64,000 nt of DNA, taken from contig OZ316892.1 in NCBI GenBank assembly GCA_973895155.1, forward strand, positions 17,102,357 to 17,166,356, read 5' to 3'. Positions 39,294 through 53,100 of this stretch are shown here, piece by piece (position 1 is the stretch's first letter; every line of letters begins with the position of its first letter). A model generated the notes under the pieces. That model had not been told where the DNA came from, searched no databases, and worked only from the letters and a program-made list of their open reading frames with translations. Both the position numbers and the translations under genes were made by a program. The DNA is from Marsupella aquatica (Eukaryota; Plantae; Marchantiophyta).

Positions 39294-40737
39294 TTGAAGT
39301 TGGAGTCAGCGACGCCAAAGCTAAGTGGTAGGGTAACTGTCAAGTTCTGCGACTCAGTGGTGCTCCTCCAATCAAGGAGGATGGGACTCTTCACCCTTTC
39401 TACAAGCTTGTTTAATTACAAAATTAGGTATTGGCTTCATTTCCTGTCCGTGTTCAGGTACCTTGTTGACCCTTATCCAATCCCAGACTTAGGCTGTATT
39501 ATTTGTGGTCTTGGGAAACTATGAGATTTTGGCGTTGTGGTGCTTGGTTGACGTGTCATTGGTCCGATTGAGTCTGTTTTATTTTTTCCCCGCTGACCTT
39601 TGCCGTAATATATATGGTATTTTGAGTTTTTTTGGACACACTATTGCTTATCTATTATCTATGTAATATAATACAATATAAATTCCTAGTGGCCTATAGT
39701 GGGAGACAATGTGTACTCCTCAACATAAAAAAGTAGTCTCATTTAATTGTTCTTTGTATATCATTGTTTTTTGAAATGAAGAAAGGAAGCTCAATGCTTA
39801 TAGAAGCAAGATTTGCCAAAACATGTAATAATATATAGAATGGCTAACATCATCCCTCCAAAATTGGTTGGTCTTCATGCTACAAATAAAAATTGAGACA
39901 CAATTCTATATTGGAAATTGATAAATATACACTTGAAGTTGATAGTAGTACACCCTTGGTGGCTCAGATTGTCCTAGTTCTGTCAAGAGAAGGATCTCAA
40001 TTATTCACCATTATTCACATTGAGGAAAGCAAACTTGGATGACTCTCACTTTGTTGCACAAGTATCTAAATGTGGTCCCAACTATTGGCTTGCTTTATAT
40101 ATATAATGCACAAGTTTCACAATCTGTGGCATGTTTTGCTTCAATATATGGAGTTGTAGGCTGACTTTCTTGCATTGTTTCTCTCATGTGCAGAAGCTTT
40201 AGAGGTTTTGATTACAATACTCAGTCACCCAAAATCTTCCTCAGAGCTATTGTTAGGTTTATGTGTAAGATAGACAATTGAAAAGTACACTTTATGCCAA
40301 CCTACCTGTCATGTTTTTGGATCTTGTGAGCTAGAGGTTGCTAGAGCCTTGCTATCTATCTAAAAGGAAGCTCAAAGTTGATTCAAGCTCATTGGAGATG
40401 CAAATTGAGGTTGAAATCACAGGATCACATTTGTGAAATAATCAATCGCTATCCTTCCTGAAGTTGGACTGAGGAATAAAATTGCACTTCCAATTACACT
40501 CTCCATGTCATCATCAACTGAAGCTTTAGAGAAAAGCACACCTTTGTCATTGCACAGAGCTACGGCACCTTCACATTGGAGATTGTGTTCCATCAACCAA
40601 CAAAGGGTAATGCTGCACCAGGACTTTGCTGAGTGATTCCTTCATTTTATCTGATTTTAAAAAGGTAACTAAAATGGTTATGTCAAATAAAATTACATTC
40701 TGTTTTACAGCATGGTGCCCTAAATTTTACCCAGAAT

Positions 40738-40868
40738 TTGCCACAAACACGAAAGAAAGAGTTATTTTAATTTGGAAACAAATTTGTTCTTGTTTGTGGC
40801 TGGTTGTGCTGATGTGGCACAACCTTGTGACAAGGAATTTGCAGGGGACCTCTCATGGGGGTGCGTAA
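40738..40868 (+). repeat. Dispersed repeat fragment, copy 2 (homologous to 10514-10644)
   Basis: See copy 1. Confidence 0.7.
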
Positions 40869-42358
40869 CCAGTTCTTTCTCCAAAGCATTAAACCTTTGA
40901 AGAGACAATCAAACAAATCAAGGGAGAATACCAAAAGAGAATAATAATTGAGGTCTCTCAAGAGAAGTTCATGGTGTTGATGAGAGGACTGATTGGAGAA
41001 TAGTCAATCTTTGGTAAAGTGCATGATCACACTATCTTGTATCCTTGCTTGTTAAGGAGGGAAATATTAAGCTTCCATATATCTAGTGGAAAGTTAATGG
41101 AAACCATCTGTTGTTAATCTTGTTACTGTAATTATCTAGAAGCTGTTTCTTGGCAGTAAGCATTGCATGGCAACCTAGATGTCCATTGTTGGCTAATTAG
41201 AATTTATTCTATAGTTGAGGTTGCATGGAATGGTGGGGTGAAGTAAGAATAATAAAGAGAGGTGTGTCTATACAGGTTTTCACAAAAGATTTAGGAAATA
41301 TAAAAATAAAGAAAATGATGTTCCAATAGACCACATTTCCCCAAATTTAGTGTAATTGTAAAAACTTGATGTTCATAAATTCAAATATCTTTTAGTTTTG
41401 AGGATGTGCTAGGGCTAGGCTAGAGGAGTAGATAAGCTACACTTCCAGCAAAGTGAGAGTGAACTTTTGGCAGTTTTGGTTGAGTTATTTATCATGGAAT
41501 GCAGAGGGGTAAGTTTTATTAGATTAATTTTCATTGTGTTAATACAAAATATCAGGGCTAGGGTTTTTTTCCTCCTCCTTCTCTAGTTGCCTTGCAGGTG
41601 AAAACTAGAAATTACCTTGAGACTCATATTGATCAACTTATAAGCCCACAACTCCCATGGACCACCAAAATTGTGTCCAACATGGAGGTTCATCTGGGCT
41701 TCACTTTCAAAAAGAAAGCTAAACATCATATAGGTAATTGCAAGCCAGAAAATGACTAGTCTAATAAAAGGAAAATAATGTAGGTAATATTTCACTCCAA
41801 TTCAATTACAGGGATATATCACAGTCTTCTCTTTGATTAGGAAGCACAACCACCAACCTTGATCTGGCACCTACTGGGGTAAATGACTGGTGGACAAGAG
41901 GCCCTGGACCCTTAGCTTAATTAATATGGGAACCCCCATGCAAACACAGGAAGTTTTTTTTTAATCCCCTTTTTGACTTATTGTTATAATTGCTTATAAC
42001 CTAACAAGCCCATGTTTTATGATGTGTTTGATTTATAATGCATGTAGGGGTTATTAAAAAACTATCCCAAGTCTCTTTTTGCAAAGGTGTATAGTATGGG
42101 CTTGCCATATGTCACCACCCTCTAAGAGGATGTCTTAAAATTTCTGGTCCTATGTTTCAAACCACCCTCAAAAGTGTTTGTGTAAATATTGTGAATAGCA
42201 CAAGGTGGAGAGATTGTATTACTCATTTTTGTTTCATCCCAATTCTTGAAGGAAACACTGAATATTTCCTCCTCACCTTTATGGCCTCAATGAGTTGTGT
42301 CTCAAGGACTTGAGATCTTCTCTCTCTCCCTAACTTCACAAAGAGAGTGCTGCCACTT

Positions 42359-42843
42359 TTGCAATGAAGGGCATATTTTGCAGAATGCAACACATGCGAG
42401 ATGGGTGTAAGAGGTGTCTTGCATGTATGCAGCCCTTTAATTTTCAACCCTAAACCAATATTCTAGCAGCGTGTTACTTAAGGAGAAAATTGTGCCTGAA
42501 ATGCCTCATTTGCCAGGCTTGGCAACCTCTTAAGTGGAAAACCAAGGCAAAAGCCTGAAAATGTTCCAGCCTATGCAGGCCCTTTGAGAAATGGAGACAA
42601 GACAATCCTCTGGTCCTGGGCTTAATGTTTTATGCAGGAAATTGAGGGAGTTTGAATGGCCAGCTACATGCAAGATAGCTCTAAGGTGAATCAAGTGCCA
42701 GGATGTGGGTCCCCTGTCTCTATTATTACTCTCTCCTTCACAGAGCAAGTGCAGCCATGAAGGGCAGATCTTTGCAGGATGCCACACATGCAAGATGGGT
42801 GTAAGGTGAATTAGGGGCCTAAATGTGGGTCCTTTGCCTCTCA
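42359..42843. repeat. Degenerate direct repeats (3 partial copies)
   Basis: atgaagggca.at.tttgcag.atgc.acacatgc.agatgggtgtaag occurs at about 42365 and 42757. acatgcaagat...taaggtgaat...atgtgggtcc occurs at about 42667 and 42787. Confidence 0.75.
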
Positions 42844-43938
42844 TACAATGTGGGAGTTATGACTAGGACAAATTAACATCACCTGTTCTATACAGATTTG
42901 TATTTGCTCACCACACAGGAACAAGCAATACTAGTTTGAGTGCCCATGCTTTGCAGGTCAAGAAGCTTCCAGCCTTTCATAGGTAATGGCCTTCCACAAG
43001 CAGTAGTGTAGATCTCTTTTTTGAATAACAGCACCTGAAAAGTTTACACCCCCTAAAAGTATGCTCCTCTTCAATTCTCCATCAACAATCTCTATATAGT
43101 AATCTGTGCAACAGAGTTTAATGTTTATGATGTACCCAGTATAGTCAAGCCATATAGCCCCATGCTCATCCCAGAACATGCTTGATTTTTGTCTAGTAAT
43201 GATAAGTAAGTGGATAAAAAAAGAGAGTTGAACTAGAATACATATTGAGAGTGAGTGGGATAAAATAATATAAATGCACATGCAAGAAAAACACATAGTG
43301 AGTGACCAGGCAATGAAAAGTACAGTCAAGGTCTATGACACAAAGGTGCTCCATCTGTGCACTTTTTAATTCAATGTGCCTTGTTAATGATACTCAATTC
43401 AATAAAAACCATAAACTTAGGAAAGAAAGCCATGAGGGGAAGTCAGGACACATGTGTCCATGTTATGTAGAATTATTTCTCTCACTCATGAGAATACTTA
43501 AAAACTTTGTTCAAATGGTAGAAATTAAAGCCATTAGTTTCACACACTTGAAATCTAAGAGATAACAAAGTTTAAAAATTAAGCGGGCTGCCAAAATAAG
43601 TTCAAAATTCCCCAGGATACCAAAAATTAAAGGGGTCTAAAAGCTAATTAAAAATCTATAGCTAAGTAAAATGTATAGGATACAAAGAAGGCCCCTTGAT
43701 AAGACACATTGAAAAAAATTACATTGCACACGAAATCTGAAAGGTGGATTCACCATATATATTCACCATCCACCTTTCGTATTACACCAAATTTGTAATG
43801 TCTCTGGTAAGAGAAAAATTTGATTTCAGACCAGCATAGAAGTTTGGGTAAGGAGAGCCCTTCCTGTGCATACACACAAATATTTGGGCTAGTCAGAGTC
43901 TTTGGGTAGTATGAGTCCCTACTGCCTATGCTTTACAT

Positions 43939-44143
43939 CACTGTTTTATTAGTGGCAAAATTTGGCAAAATTTGGCTCATTGAAAAGTTTTCACCCCTAT
44001 TGGTGAAAATTACTCATACTTTTTGTCTTTGATTAATCAGTTCCCACTAGCCAGAATCCTCTGGTTATAATGAAATCTTGGGAGATCCAAGGGTCATAAA
44101 CTAATCTAGGAAAATGACATAAGGAATAGTCTTTGCATCTTCT
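43939..44143 (+). repeat. Short dispersed (MITE-like) repeat, homologous to 62284-62433
   Basis: The colinear blocks ttagtggcaaaa(a)tttg, tagccagaatc, ataaggaata and gcatcttct are shared. Confidence 0.65.
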
Positions 44144-45821
44144 GACCCCTCCACAGCAAACTGTGTCACAGTCAAAAGGAGGTATTTGTTTGATGTACCT
44201 CCAAAAGTGTTATTTGATGGGACCCTTGAGTTTTGGGGTATGGTGATTTGAGGTCTATCATCGGTCTGGATCACTCTGGGATCCTATCAAATAACACTTT
44301 TCATTTGAGGGTCCATCAAGCATAGAAATAGAATTAATGTATAGATAGATTTCTTTGCCAACTGCACCTGTTGACCAGAAGCGAGGTGAGCTTGGCTGTG
44401 AAATGGTCATTATTTTCCCAAACATGTCGTTTAGAGTGACCACCAGGAGAGACATCAGTTTGCAGGTTTGGAGGGAGAAGTCATACCAATTGACAGGAGC
44501 CGCCATTACTTCTCACACCTCAGCTTTCTCAAACCTGCACGTATGAACAGAACTGTACAAGAGGGTTGTGCTCGTGTGCCTCTTGTTTCCCCCCTCTACT
44601 CCAAAATCTCAACGAAGACTGTCTGAATTGGACCATTCGGAAAAAAGAGTAAGAAATTTTAGAGATCGCAGTGCCTGTGACAGACTCTGCTGTGGTCTGC
44701 TCTGGTTCGGGAGATCAGACGAGTCCTATTCTTACCCAAATGCGAGTTGTGGACCAGTGAATCTTCCGCGGAAGACGCAATAGCAGCAGCTTCGCTCCGA
44801 ACTCTAGTGTCGCCAGAACCTCTAGAATTTCTTGGTTCTGCTGGCGAAGGGTGGAGGCAAAGCACACCGAAGCTGGCCGGTAAGGAGAGAAGGGAGGAGA
44901 CTACGAAGGGAGCAGCAACATCACTCGACGATTTGACAAGAGGTAGAGATGGTGATCTTCCTTCTTAAACTGTTGTCTGTAGACGTTGTTGTCGTGGGCA
45001 ATTAACAGTAGGCCCAAGGGTTGCCGAATCTGACTAGAAGGGTTTGTCTAAAATGATTGGGGGCAATGAGAGCAGTAGCAGACATCTCTGGTCTTGCTGG
45101 CCTCCCCCTGACTAGGTCGAAAAAAGAACCAATACAGGTCTTCGGGTGAATAATCCTCCAACATTACAATAGTTTTATATTCACTTTCGCTAAGGTTGCT
45201 ATGGTTCATCTGGGGAACACGATATTTACTTTCCGATACACACTTCCCAACCCCTATAAGTCCCTTTCTATTCATAACGAGTAGAATTCCAATGGAAGTA
45301 GCCTAGCCTAGAGGTGCACCTTTATCGTTGAGCAAGTTGATAAGATTTGATGTTTTTTGGCTTCCTTGTGCTTGAGTTTTGGGACCATCAGCTGTTCCTT
45401 GGATATACTATTTCTTGAAGATTTCCTATTGTGCCTTGAGAACTCTCTTGGAGCCAGATGTATGACGTTTGCCGGATTTCGGTAGGCTCTCAAATACTGA
45501 TCTCACAGTTGGACAGCCTTTGTTGAAGGTTAATGATATTGAAGCAAGATTTCTACAAGAGCGGAGGATAGAACCCATCTAGGTGGACAGATTGAGAACA
45601 ATCACAAGCCAAGAAGAAGATTGTTGATAAAGAGGTTATATTTGCTTGGCAGGTTTAAAATAGCAGTTTCAGCTCTGCATCAGCTGTTTGAATAGAACGA
45701 AGCACATTCCCAGCTGTTCGAGGTATGCAGATGGTGCAATTGCTTGGGGAAACAAGTGCAACATGTTGGGAACGGGCTACCAGAGAAGCATGAGCCAGAA
45801 GTAGGCTTTCATCCAGAAATC

Positions 45822-48800
45822 ATGCGTATCGTGAGCTGGAATGTGAACGGGCTCCAGACAACCCTGAAGGATGCGACCCATCGCTTCACCAATACCTCCA
45901 ATTATTTTACCACTATCCTCAAAGCCGATGTTGTGTGCTTTCAGGTTTCTATTCCTTTCGTCTCTCAAAGTTCGTTTCCTAGGATCACCTGTTCCTGAAG
46001 GTTGCACCCAGACATGGTTCACATCACTGTTGAGACACAAATGTCTGGAGTAGAATAGTACATGGTAGGCTTTGGTACGAAAGATGGAGATTTGGGAGGT
46101 GTATCGAGCTTTTTGTGAAGCAAAGGCTGCTCATGTTGAGGTGGTGTATAACGTAGGGGTGTAAGTGGGGCTCTTTTGCTACATCCTTATCATTTACATA
46201 GAGGAAAGAAGTGTATAGCTCAAGTCAGCTCCTGTGCAGAATCCCAAAAGCATCCGTAGGTGATGATTGCAGGAAAGTTCTCCTCAAGTTATCAATGGGA
46301 GTCCTTCAAATCGCCTTGTATCCTTCAGGACGATCTCTTTCTGATTCCACTGCCATTTCTTACCAACTCGGGCCACACTCCCTTCTCTGGCTGAACTCCA
46401 TTCAAGGCTGAAGAAGTTGCATGTTTTGAAATTCTCATGTCAGTACTTGTTCTGTAGGAGGCTAAGGTCCAGGAGGAGAAGCTTGAGAAGTGGATGGCCT
46501 GCGTTCCAGGTTTTGAATCCTTCTGGGCATTTAGTCAGGCAAAGAAAGGCTACAGTGGTAAGACTAATGTTTTGTCCCTTATCGCCAAGTCAGCTACGGA
46601 GTCTAAGTGAAGCACATCTTCTATTGGTCATTTATGTAACGGTGCCTATTGATTTGTCCCCCCTTCGTAGAGTTGACGTGACACCAGCATGTCTCCTGAA
46701 TGAGCAGGTGTGGTGACTTACGTGAAGAATGACCTCTCACCACTAGATGCTGCAGCAGAAAAGTTGCCTGGCGATATGGATGTCATTGAAGATCTTTGCA
46801 GGGAAGGAAGAATCATTGAAACAGACCATGGCAGTTTTGTCCTAGTAAATGTCTATGTTCCAAATGCTGGCGATAGAGAAGAGGGTCGTCCCCGCCTGGA
46901 ATTTAAGGTTCGGTTTTTAAAGGCTTTAAAGCGGAAATGTAAGTTCTTCTTCATATCCTAGGGAAGGGTTTGAAGGTCATTCATGTTCGATTATTTAGGT
47001 TCTAAGTCAGCACAACTTCTCTGGCTTCGTTCCAGTTGCAGGGCAATGCAAGGTCGTTGTTTTGCCAGCGTTCTTGACTGGAAGCTTGGTGGCTACGAAC
47101 AAGTCATAGGAAACATCTATGTGCTGCAATGGAATAATACTGGAAAGGCCGTCTTATTTGTTAATTTTGAAGAATTGCCAAGTAGCCCTTATAGTTCCTC
47201 ATGATTTGAAATGATTCCAGGTGATGACTTGGTAAGCTCGGGACGGCATGTGGTAGTTGTTGGGGATTTCAACATCGCACATAAGGCAATTGATGTCCAC
47301 AAAAAATGGAACGTTGAAGAGATCTACTCTTCAGGTATATTTCGTACACTGCTGCTCTTTTGGTGGAGAAGCACTCGGGTCTACTTGACCTCTGAGTCTT
47401 CAGTGTCATGTTGCTGAGCCATATAATATTCAAACTTCATTCTCCAGTGAAAGGAAACTAACATTGCACGTTTCCACCCAGTCCCACAGTTGAGTATATC
47501 AGCATTTACTTTTCCAAATGTCATTTTTATTGTTGTAACTCTAGGGCGTCAAAGGTAGAGGTTCTTCTCGTTCCGGTTTTGTAACCGGACATTTACTATT
47601 CTTAATTGCCAAGTCCGATTAGCTCTCTCGTACGTATTACAACGGGAATACATTTTGGGAAGTTTGAAAGCGAGTTCAGAGTGAGTATCGAAGCTGATGT
47701 GACCTACGTTGCCCTTTCATAACTGCGTACAGAGGAGCACAGTTGGCTGGAGAACTTTTTGACAGAGTATGTTGACCTGTTCCGGCGATTCCATCCAGAC
47801 GTGAAGGATATATACTCGGTGTGGGAAGCGAAGACTGATGCACGAATCCACAATGAGGGGCTCAGGTAAGGAATGCCTTTCCTTTGTATCCGATTAATGT
47901 GCCAAAACTTCCACAGCATCAGGAAGATTAGGAATTGACATTCGCCTTTGGATGGTCCCAGGATTGACTATGCAGTTTGTGATAAAGGCTTCCTATCACA
48001 AGTGAAGGACACTCAAATTCTGAAAATGGTTCCAAAGAACTGGAGTGATCATGCAGCTGTGCTCGTCACCCTCCAGGAGCAACCTGCCTTGCCTCCGCAT
48101 CCTTCCCCTTCAATCAGTTCTCAAAATATGAAGCGGTTCCAAGAAGATCGTCGGCAGAAGAAACTCACTTCTCTCTTCTCTCGCGGAGCTTCAAAGCCCA
48201 TGACTGCTTCCAATATCGAGAATAATGTGCCCATCAAGGAAGGAAATCCACAGAAAGGCAATACAAGTACATCGTCTCCTATGACACCAAGCTCAGGTGA
48301 CTCGGGCCCCAAAACCTCCAGTGGAGTAGTGGATAAACTCGAGAAGTCTACAGAACGGGAACAGGAAGTTACTCCTGCTCCTGAAACCCTTTCCAATGAG
48401 GCCGAATCTCAAGTGACTAATGACGAGCCTTTTGTTGAGACCGTTTGCAAGGCTTTGGGTAGCAACGAGAATTTGGGAGGACAGTTCACAATTGCCACTG
48501 CCACTCCAAATGCCAATGATCATGATGGCAGCCAGGCCGTACAGCAAAATACTGCGGTTTCTGAGCAGCCAGATTCAGAGAGCCGCATGGTGCAACCTAA
48601 AAATGTTGAAGCAAAAGTTGATGGTTTGAACTCCCAAAACCAGGTCTCAGAGTTAGCTTCAGGTTTAGAACCGAGATCGGATGTCATGGCGACAGAGAAC
48701 AGTGACGAGAGATCCCCTCCCAAACGTAAACAACCTTCTATACCTCTGATTGAAGCAGGGGGAGCTGCTGCTAAGCAAAGAAATATGACTTCATACTTTA

Positions 48801-48850
48801 AAGTCGCCGCTCGTGAGACTGGTACCGCAGCAGAAGATCAGCCCAAGTAG
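45822..48850 (+). CDS. ExoIII/Xth-family AP endonuclease (APE2-like architecture, PIP boxes, no Zf-GRF), exons 45822-45944, 46458-46557, 46708-46938, 47221-47334, 47733-47865, 47962-48850; an upstream coding exon is not excluded
   Basis: Motifs: MRIVSWNVNGL, DVVCFQE, KGYSGV, EGRII, NVYVPNAG, GDFNIAH, VDLFRRFHP, YSVW, GLRIDY, SDHAAV. Introns are in phase and GT-AG. Confidence 0.93.
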
Positions 48851-50123
48851 ATAAAGTTGTAGCGCAGAGCACCACTATGCAACAAACCTGCGCGGGAAGT
48901 TAGATCGGCAGGACCCTCAAAGTTCTTCGTCCAGGGTAAATTTTGTCTTCCATATCAATGCATCTTGTCATTTAGTCGCTATATTCACACTTGCTGCGAA
49001 GTCGTATTTACATCTTCGATAGTTGGTCGCCATAACCTCTGAAAACAAACTCTTCAATTTTCTTTCATTCCCCAACAAAATCTACGTTCAAACCACCGAA
49101 GACAGTCATGGATTATGTCCACCCCTGTTTATATTAGTCTTGATCGGAAACAACCTGCCAGTAAGCTGCGGTGTAATCACAGAATCTGAACGAGGGGGGA
49201 ACTATTTTTTTACTGGCTAGACTTCATGCCCACAATCCACGAGGTCCGTATCCAGTGCAATGAACTTCAAGTTATCACACGTCCCTTAAGAGACCGTAGT
49301 TCCTAGCCTGGTGATCAGCCTTACACCTGCTAGTCCTATCTAGTGTAATGCGCTACGCTCTGTGGGCAATATTAGTCAGTTGAAAATGGCCACCTTTCTT
49401 CCTCTCACCACGCTGTGTAAACAGTTCCAGAGTTACTTCAGGCAACTTTTTGCAGGATGTCTCTCAGATTCGCTCAGGCAGCATAAAGGTGCTATTGAGA
49501 CAGCAAGTGACTTCTCTTCCTGCTCAAGAGTGGCTCCCTGGCCGTCAACAGATCCATGGGTACATTGGACTGTCTCAAAACAACACGGTAAAAATCTATC
49601 ACACTTGGCTGCGTTCACCACGAGTCTCTAGCAAATCATATACATTGGTTACAGTAGACACCCAGATAAGCTCTCACAGCAAAGTTGCAGCTCCCATGCC
49701 ATCATAATACATGCCAAGCGAAATTTCCAATCATGTAGCTGTACAAAAAGAAATTAAGACTATTCCAGTTGTCACGTGGCAATTTGCAAGAGTCCATCGA
49801 ATCAAAATCATCTTGCACGAAGCCGAATACTGAGGAGACTTTACTGTGCTTTACTCATAATCACAAGGTACAAAACCTGTCACCTTAAGCTAATGATTAC
49901 ATCCCTTGTATCCAACTTCTTTTGCCTTTTGAGGCGCCGAGTCCACGGGAAAAAAATCGGAAGTTCCTATCCTGGGAGACCTTTGAATCTTCTGATGCCT
50001 GGCCCGGAACATTCATTAGTGCTAAGGCCTCCGTAGTACACACCTTTTTGGCAATAATCCTGTACGTCAGGTCTGGAATCTAGGTTTTCTGCAAAATTGA
50101 CCTGGTTGAATGAGATCGTCCCT

Positions 50124-53100
50124 TCATGGACCCGAAGGCACGGTATGAATCGATTTGATCTTCAGCCTAATCTTTTGACCATGGTCACCATCTGATTTGC
50201 TGACTGCAGGGACCGCTGCAGCGATTTCTTCAACTTTGACTGATTTATTGATATTTACATCAAGTTTTTGGGACTTTCGTCCTTCCTTTTCTCTCTTCTT
50301 TTGGTTTTTCTCTGCTTTCCTCTTTCGTTTCCTTTCCTGATACTCGATGTCACTCTCCATGGCCCTCTTCTTGTCCAGACTTTGGGATTCCTCATCCCTG
50401 TCTCTGTTGTGTTTTTTCTTGTCTTTCTTATGTTTTCTATCCTTCTTATCCTTTTTATCCTTTTTATCTTTCTTCTTTTCAAGATCTTTTCCTTGCGCGT
50501 GGGCAATTGCACTTGAAACCGCGACAGGCTTTGTATCGCTAGCATCAGACGAACCGCCTGCTCGATCTCTGTGGACTTCCTTAAGATTGATCTCTTGTGG
50601 CTTCGAGTGAAGCTGGGATACAACGTCATAAGGACCACCCTCCCCGTTTTCATGTTTTACAGAGTTTGGCCTGGGAGACATATGACTCAAACTCTCGGTG
50701 CCGTCTTTGTCACTAACGTCAAAGAGGCCATCCATTGGACTGCCTTTGCTAGAATCTATGCCCATACCTTCTCCAATTTCTTGAACAAGTTGACTTAGTC
50801 CCCCTAGTTCAGGGATTGCACTTTCCTCCCTTCTCGGTGCATTGTTGTCAGCTGATTCAATCTCTCCCTCTTCAACAGCAACTGGTGTAGCTACTTCTTC
50901 CTTGATACGCTGAGCAGTACTGATTTCTTTCTGCCTCCCTTGACGGCTCTGTGAACTTTCTTCTCGCATCGGCTCAGCCTTCACACTCGCTTGTCCAGAA
51001 AGAGACTGAGAGGCTGCAGCTACCGCCTTATCAAGAGATCCAGCTGAAAGTTCCATGGGACTAGCGCCATCAAGAGAAGCTGGCTTAAGCCGAAGCTTTA
51101 CCTTCCCAATCCGTGGACCTACCCTTGAAGGCTCCTTTCCCCCGGAACTTGCACTCGCCGCTGACTGTTCTACCTTCGGTGTAACAGTGGGTTTCACAGG
51201 AACAACCCGGATACGAATGGGTTCTGGATGTGGTTGCGGCACCTTTACTTTCAGCGGTAGTGTACTCTGAACTTTAACCTCCTTGGGAGGAGGTGCCTTG
51301 GTTTGTGGAGACATTTGCTGGATTGGTATCTGAAGAACCACTGTGTTTTCCTTTCGATAAAGAGAGGCAGATCTAACAATTCACGGTGACCGCAACCAAG
51401 TTAGTGAATAATATTTGCATCGACAGACAATCAACAGATAGTCTTGCCAAACTGTCTTGCCAAACTGTCATTGAGCTAGAATTTGGTAGAGGAAGAGGCT
51501 GCAGAATAGAAGCTCATTACCTGCCTGCAAGAATCTGCACCAGAGAGAATAAATGATATCGAAGGAGCACATTGGAGAATGAGCTAATGCTGTCCAGCTT
51601 CCGTACAAGTGCCTCGAATGTTTTACCACTGAGAGTTATATTTAATTCGCCCTTCAGCCCACAGAAATCGATCATGTGCGCCAAAATTTTACTTTGTACT
51701 GCATCATGCCACCAAAGACTTGTAAGTATCTGCACCTACATGTGGCCTTCTTAATTGGGGAAAGTGATCTTGCACCTCATTTTGGAACGAATCAGCTTCA
51801 AGCCACATTAACCCTTGATTGACAGAGATCAACTTCTTCTCTTGAGATACAAGTAGGGTCTACTGGGTTTTTCAACTGTTCAAAGATAATATAGAATGTA
51901 TACACAAGTAATCTAAATCAACACTAAGAAAAAGGACAAAACATATTGCTAGAACTGAAATCTGAATGTATTCTGGAAACTTGAGACCTACCTTTCAGAG
52001 ATGGGTCAGTTTCCACAAGGCGAAGACCAAGTTGCACTGCTGAATCGAGTCCTTGTGATCTAGCCTCAACTTCAAGGAGAGACTGCAATGCCGTTATGCG
52101 TACTAGCTGAGTGGTACTTTGAACATCTCCAAATGGGCGCAAGAGCTGCTTCAGACGATCCTGCCCAGATAAATGAGATTTTAGAGCAAGAAGGCCTCAA
52201 GGAAAAGAAAGATTTTGAAAATTTAACTGGTGTGTAAAATCAAAAGATAGCATACCAATGGTAAGACATGTGGAAACTTCACAGTCAGAGAGGTCAACGT
52301 CTGTATGCAACTGATAGTCAGGATGCCATTATAGCTGGGCATTAGCCTGTAAAAAAGTCAAACGCTTAATTTAGATTTTGGTGAAGAAGACACACGATCA
52401 AGTCATTTCCAATCTCTCCTGTTACAGAAGTCAATTTTCCTCAGAATGGCACAAGTGCAAGGGGAACGGAATAAAATACCTATCATACTGCAAGAAGCGG
52501 TCAATCTGCTTCAAGAACTTGGATAGTGTTTGCATATTCTGCAGTTCAACAGTCATCAGCTGACCAAAATGAACAAACGAAGCAGTGAACTCGAGCTTCT
52601 TTGTGTTAGAAGTTTAACAATGACAATACTTGGCCATCAAGCCGATACAAGTAATTTGTTAGGACAACTCCATCTTCGCATTGATCTCGGTACACAACAA
52701 ATGGCGACCTATTCACAGCTGCTTCCAACGGTTTTTATTTACGAAGAATCATTCCCACTATTGAAAGAAACAGAGGGATCTACCCCAGTCCGTTTCGTGA
52801 GGAAACTCAAAACCATGGGGCAAGTTCATAGTGCGAAATAACTTAAGCAATGCCTTGTGCACAACGAAACTAGTTAACGTCCATCTCAATGGGGGAGATA
52901 TACCTGTTGACCAAATTCAAAGCCGCCAATTGATTCGATCAGAGACGCCAGCCAAAAAACATCGGAGAATTGATTGCCGCTATTATCATTGTGCTGAATG
53001 GTGCCAAATATAATAAAATGTATAGTTACAGACCAATTAGACCCATTTTCGAATATTCTGCGAGGGACTATGAGAGAGAAGACATTACATACAAGCAATT

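Noticed and set aside
50255-50798. Overlapping basic or hydrophobic ORFs in the TAF2 last exon
   Set aside because: They are by-products of the low-complexity KKDKKD-coding sequence.
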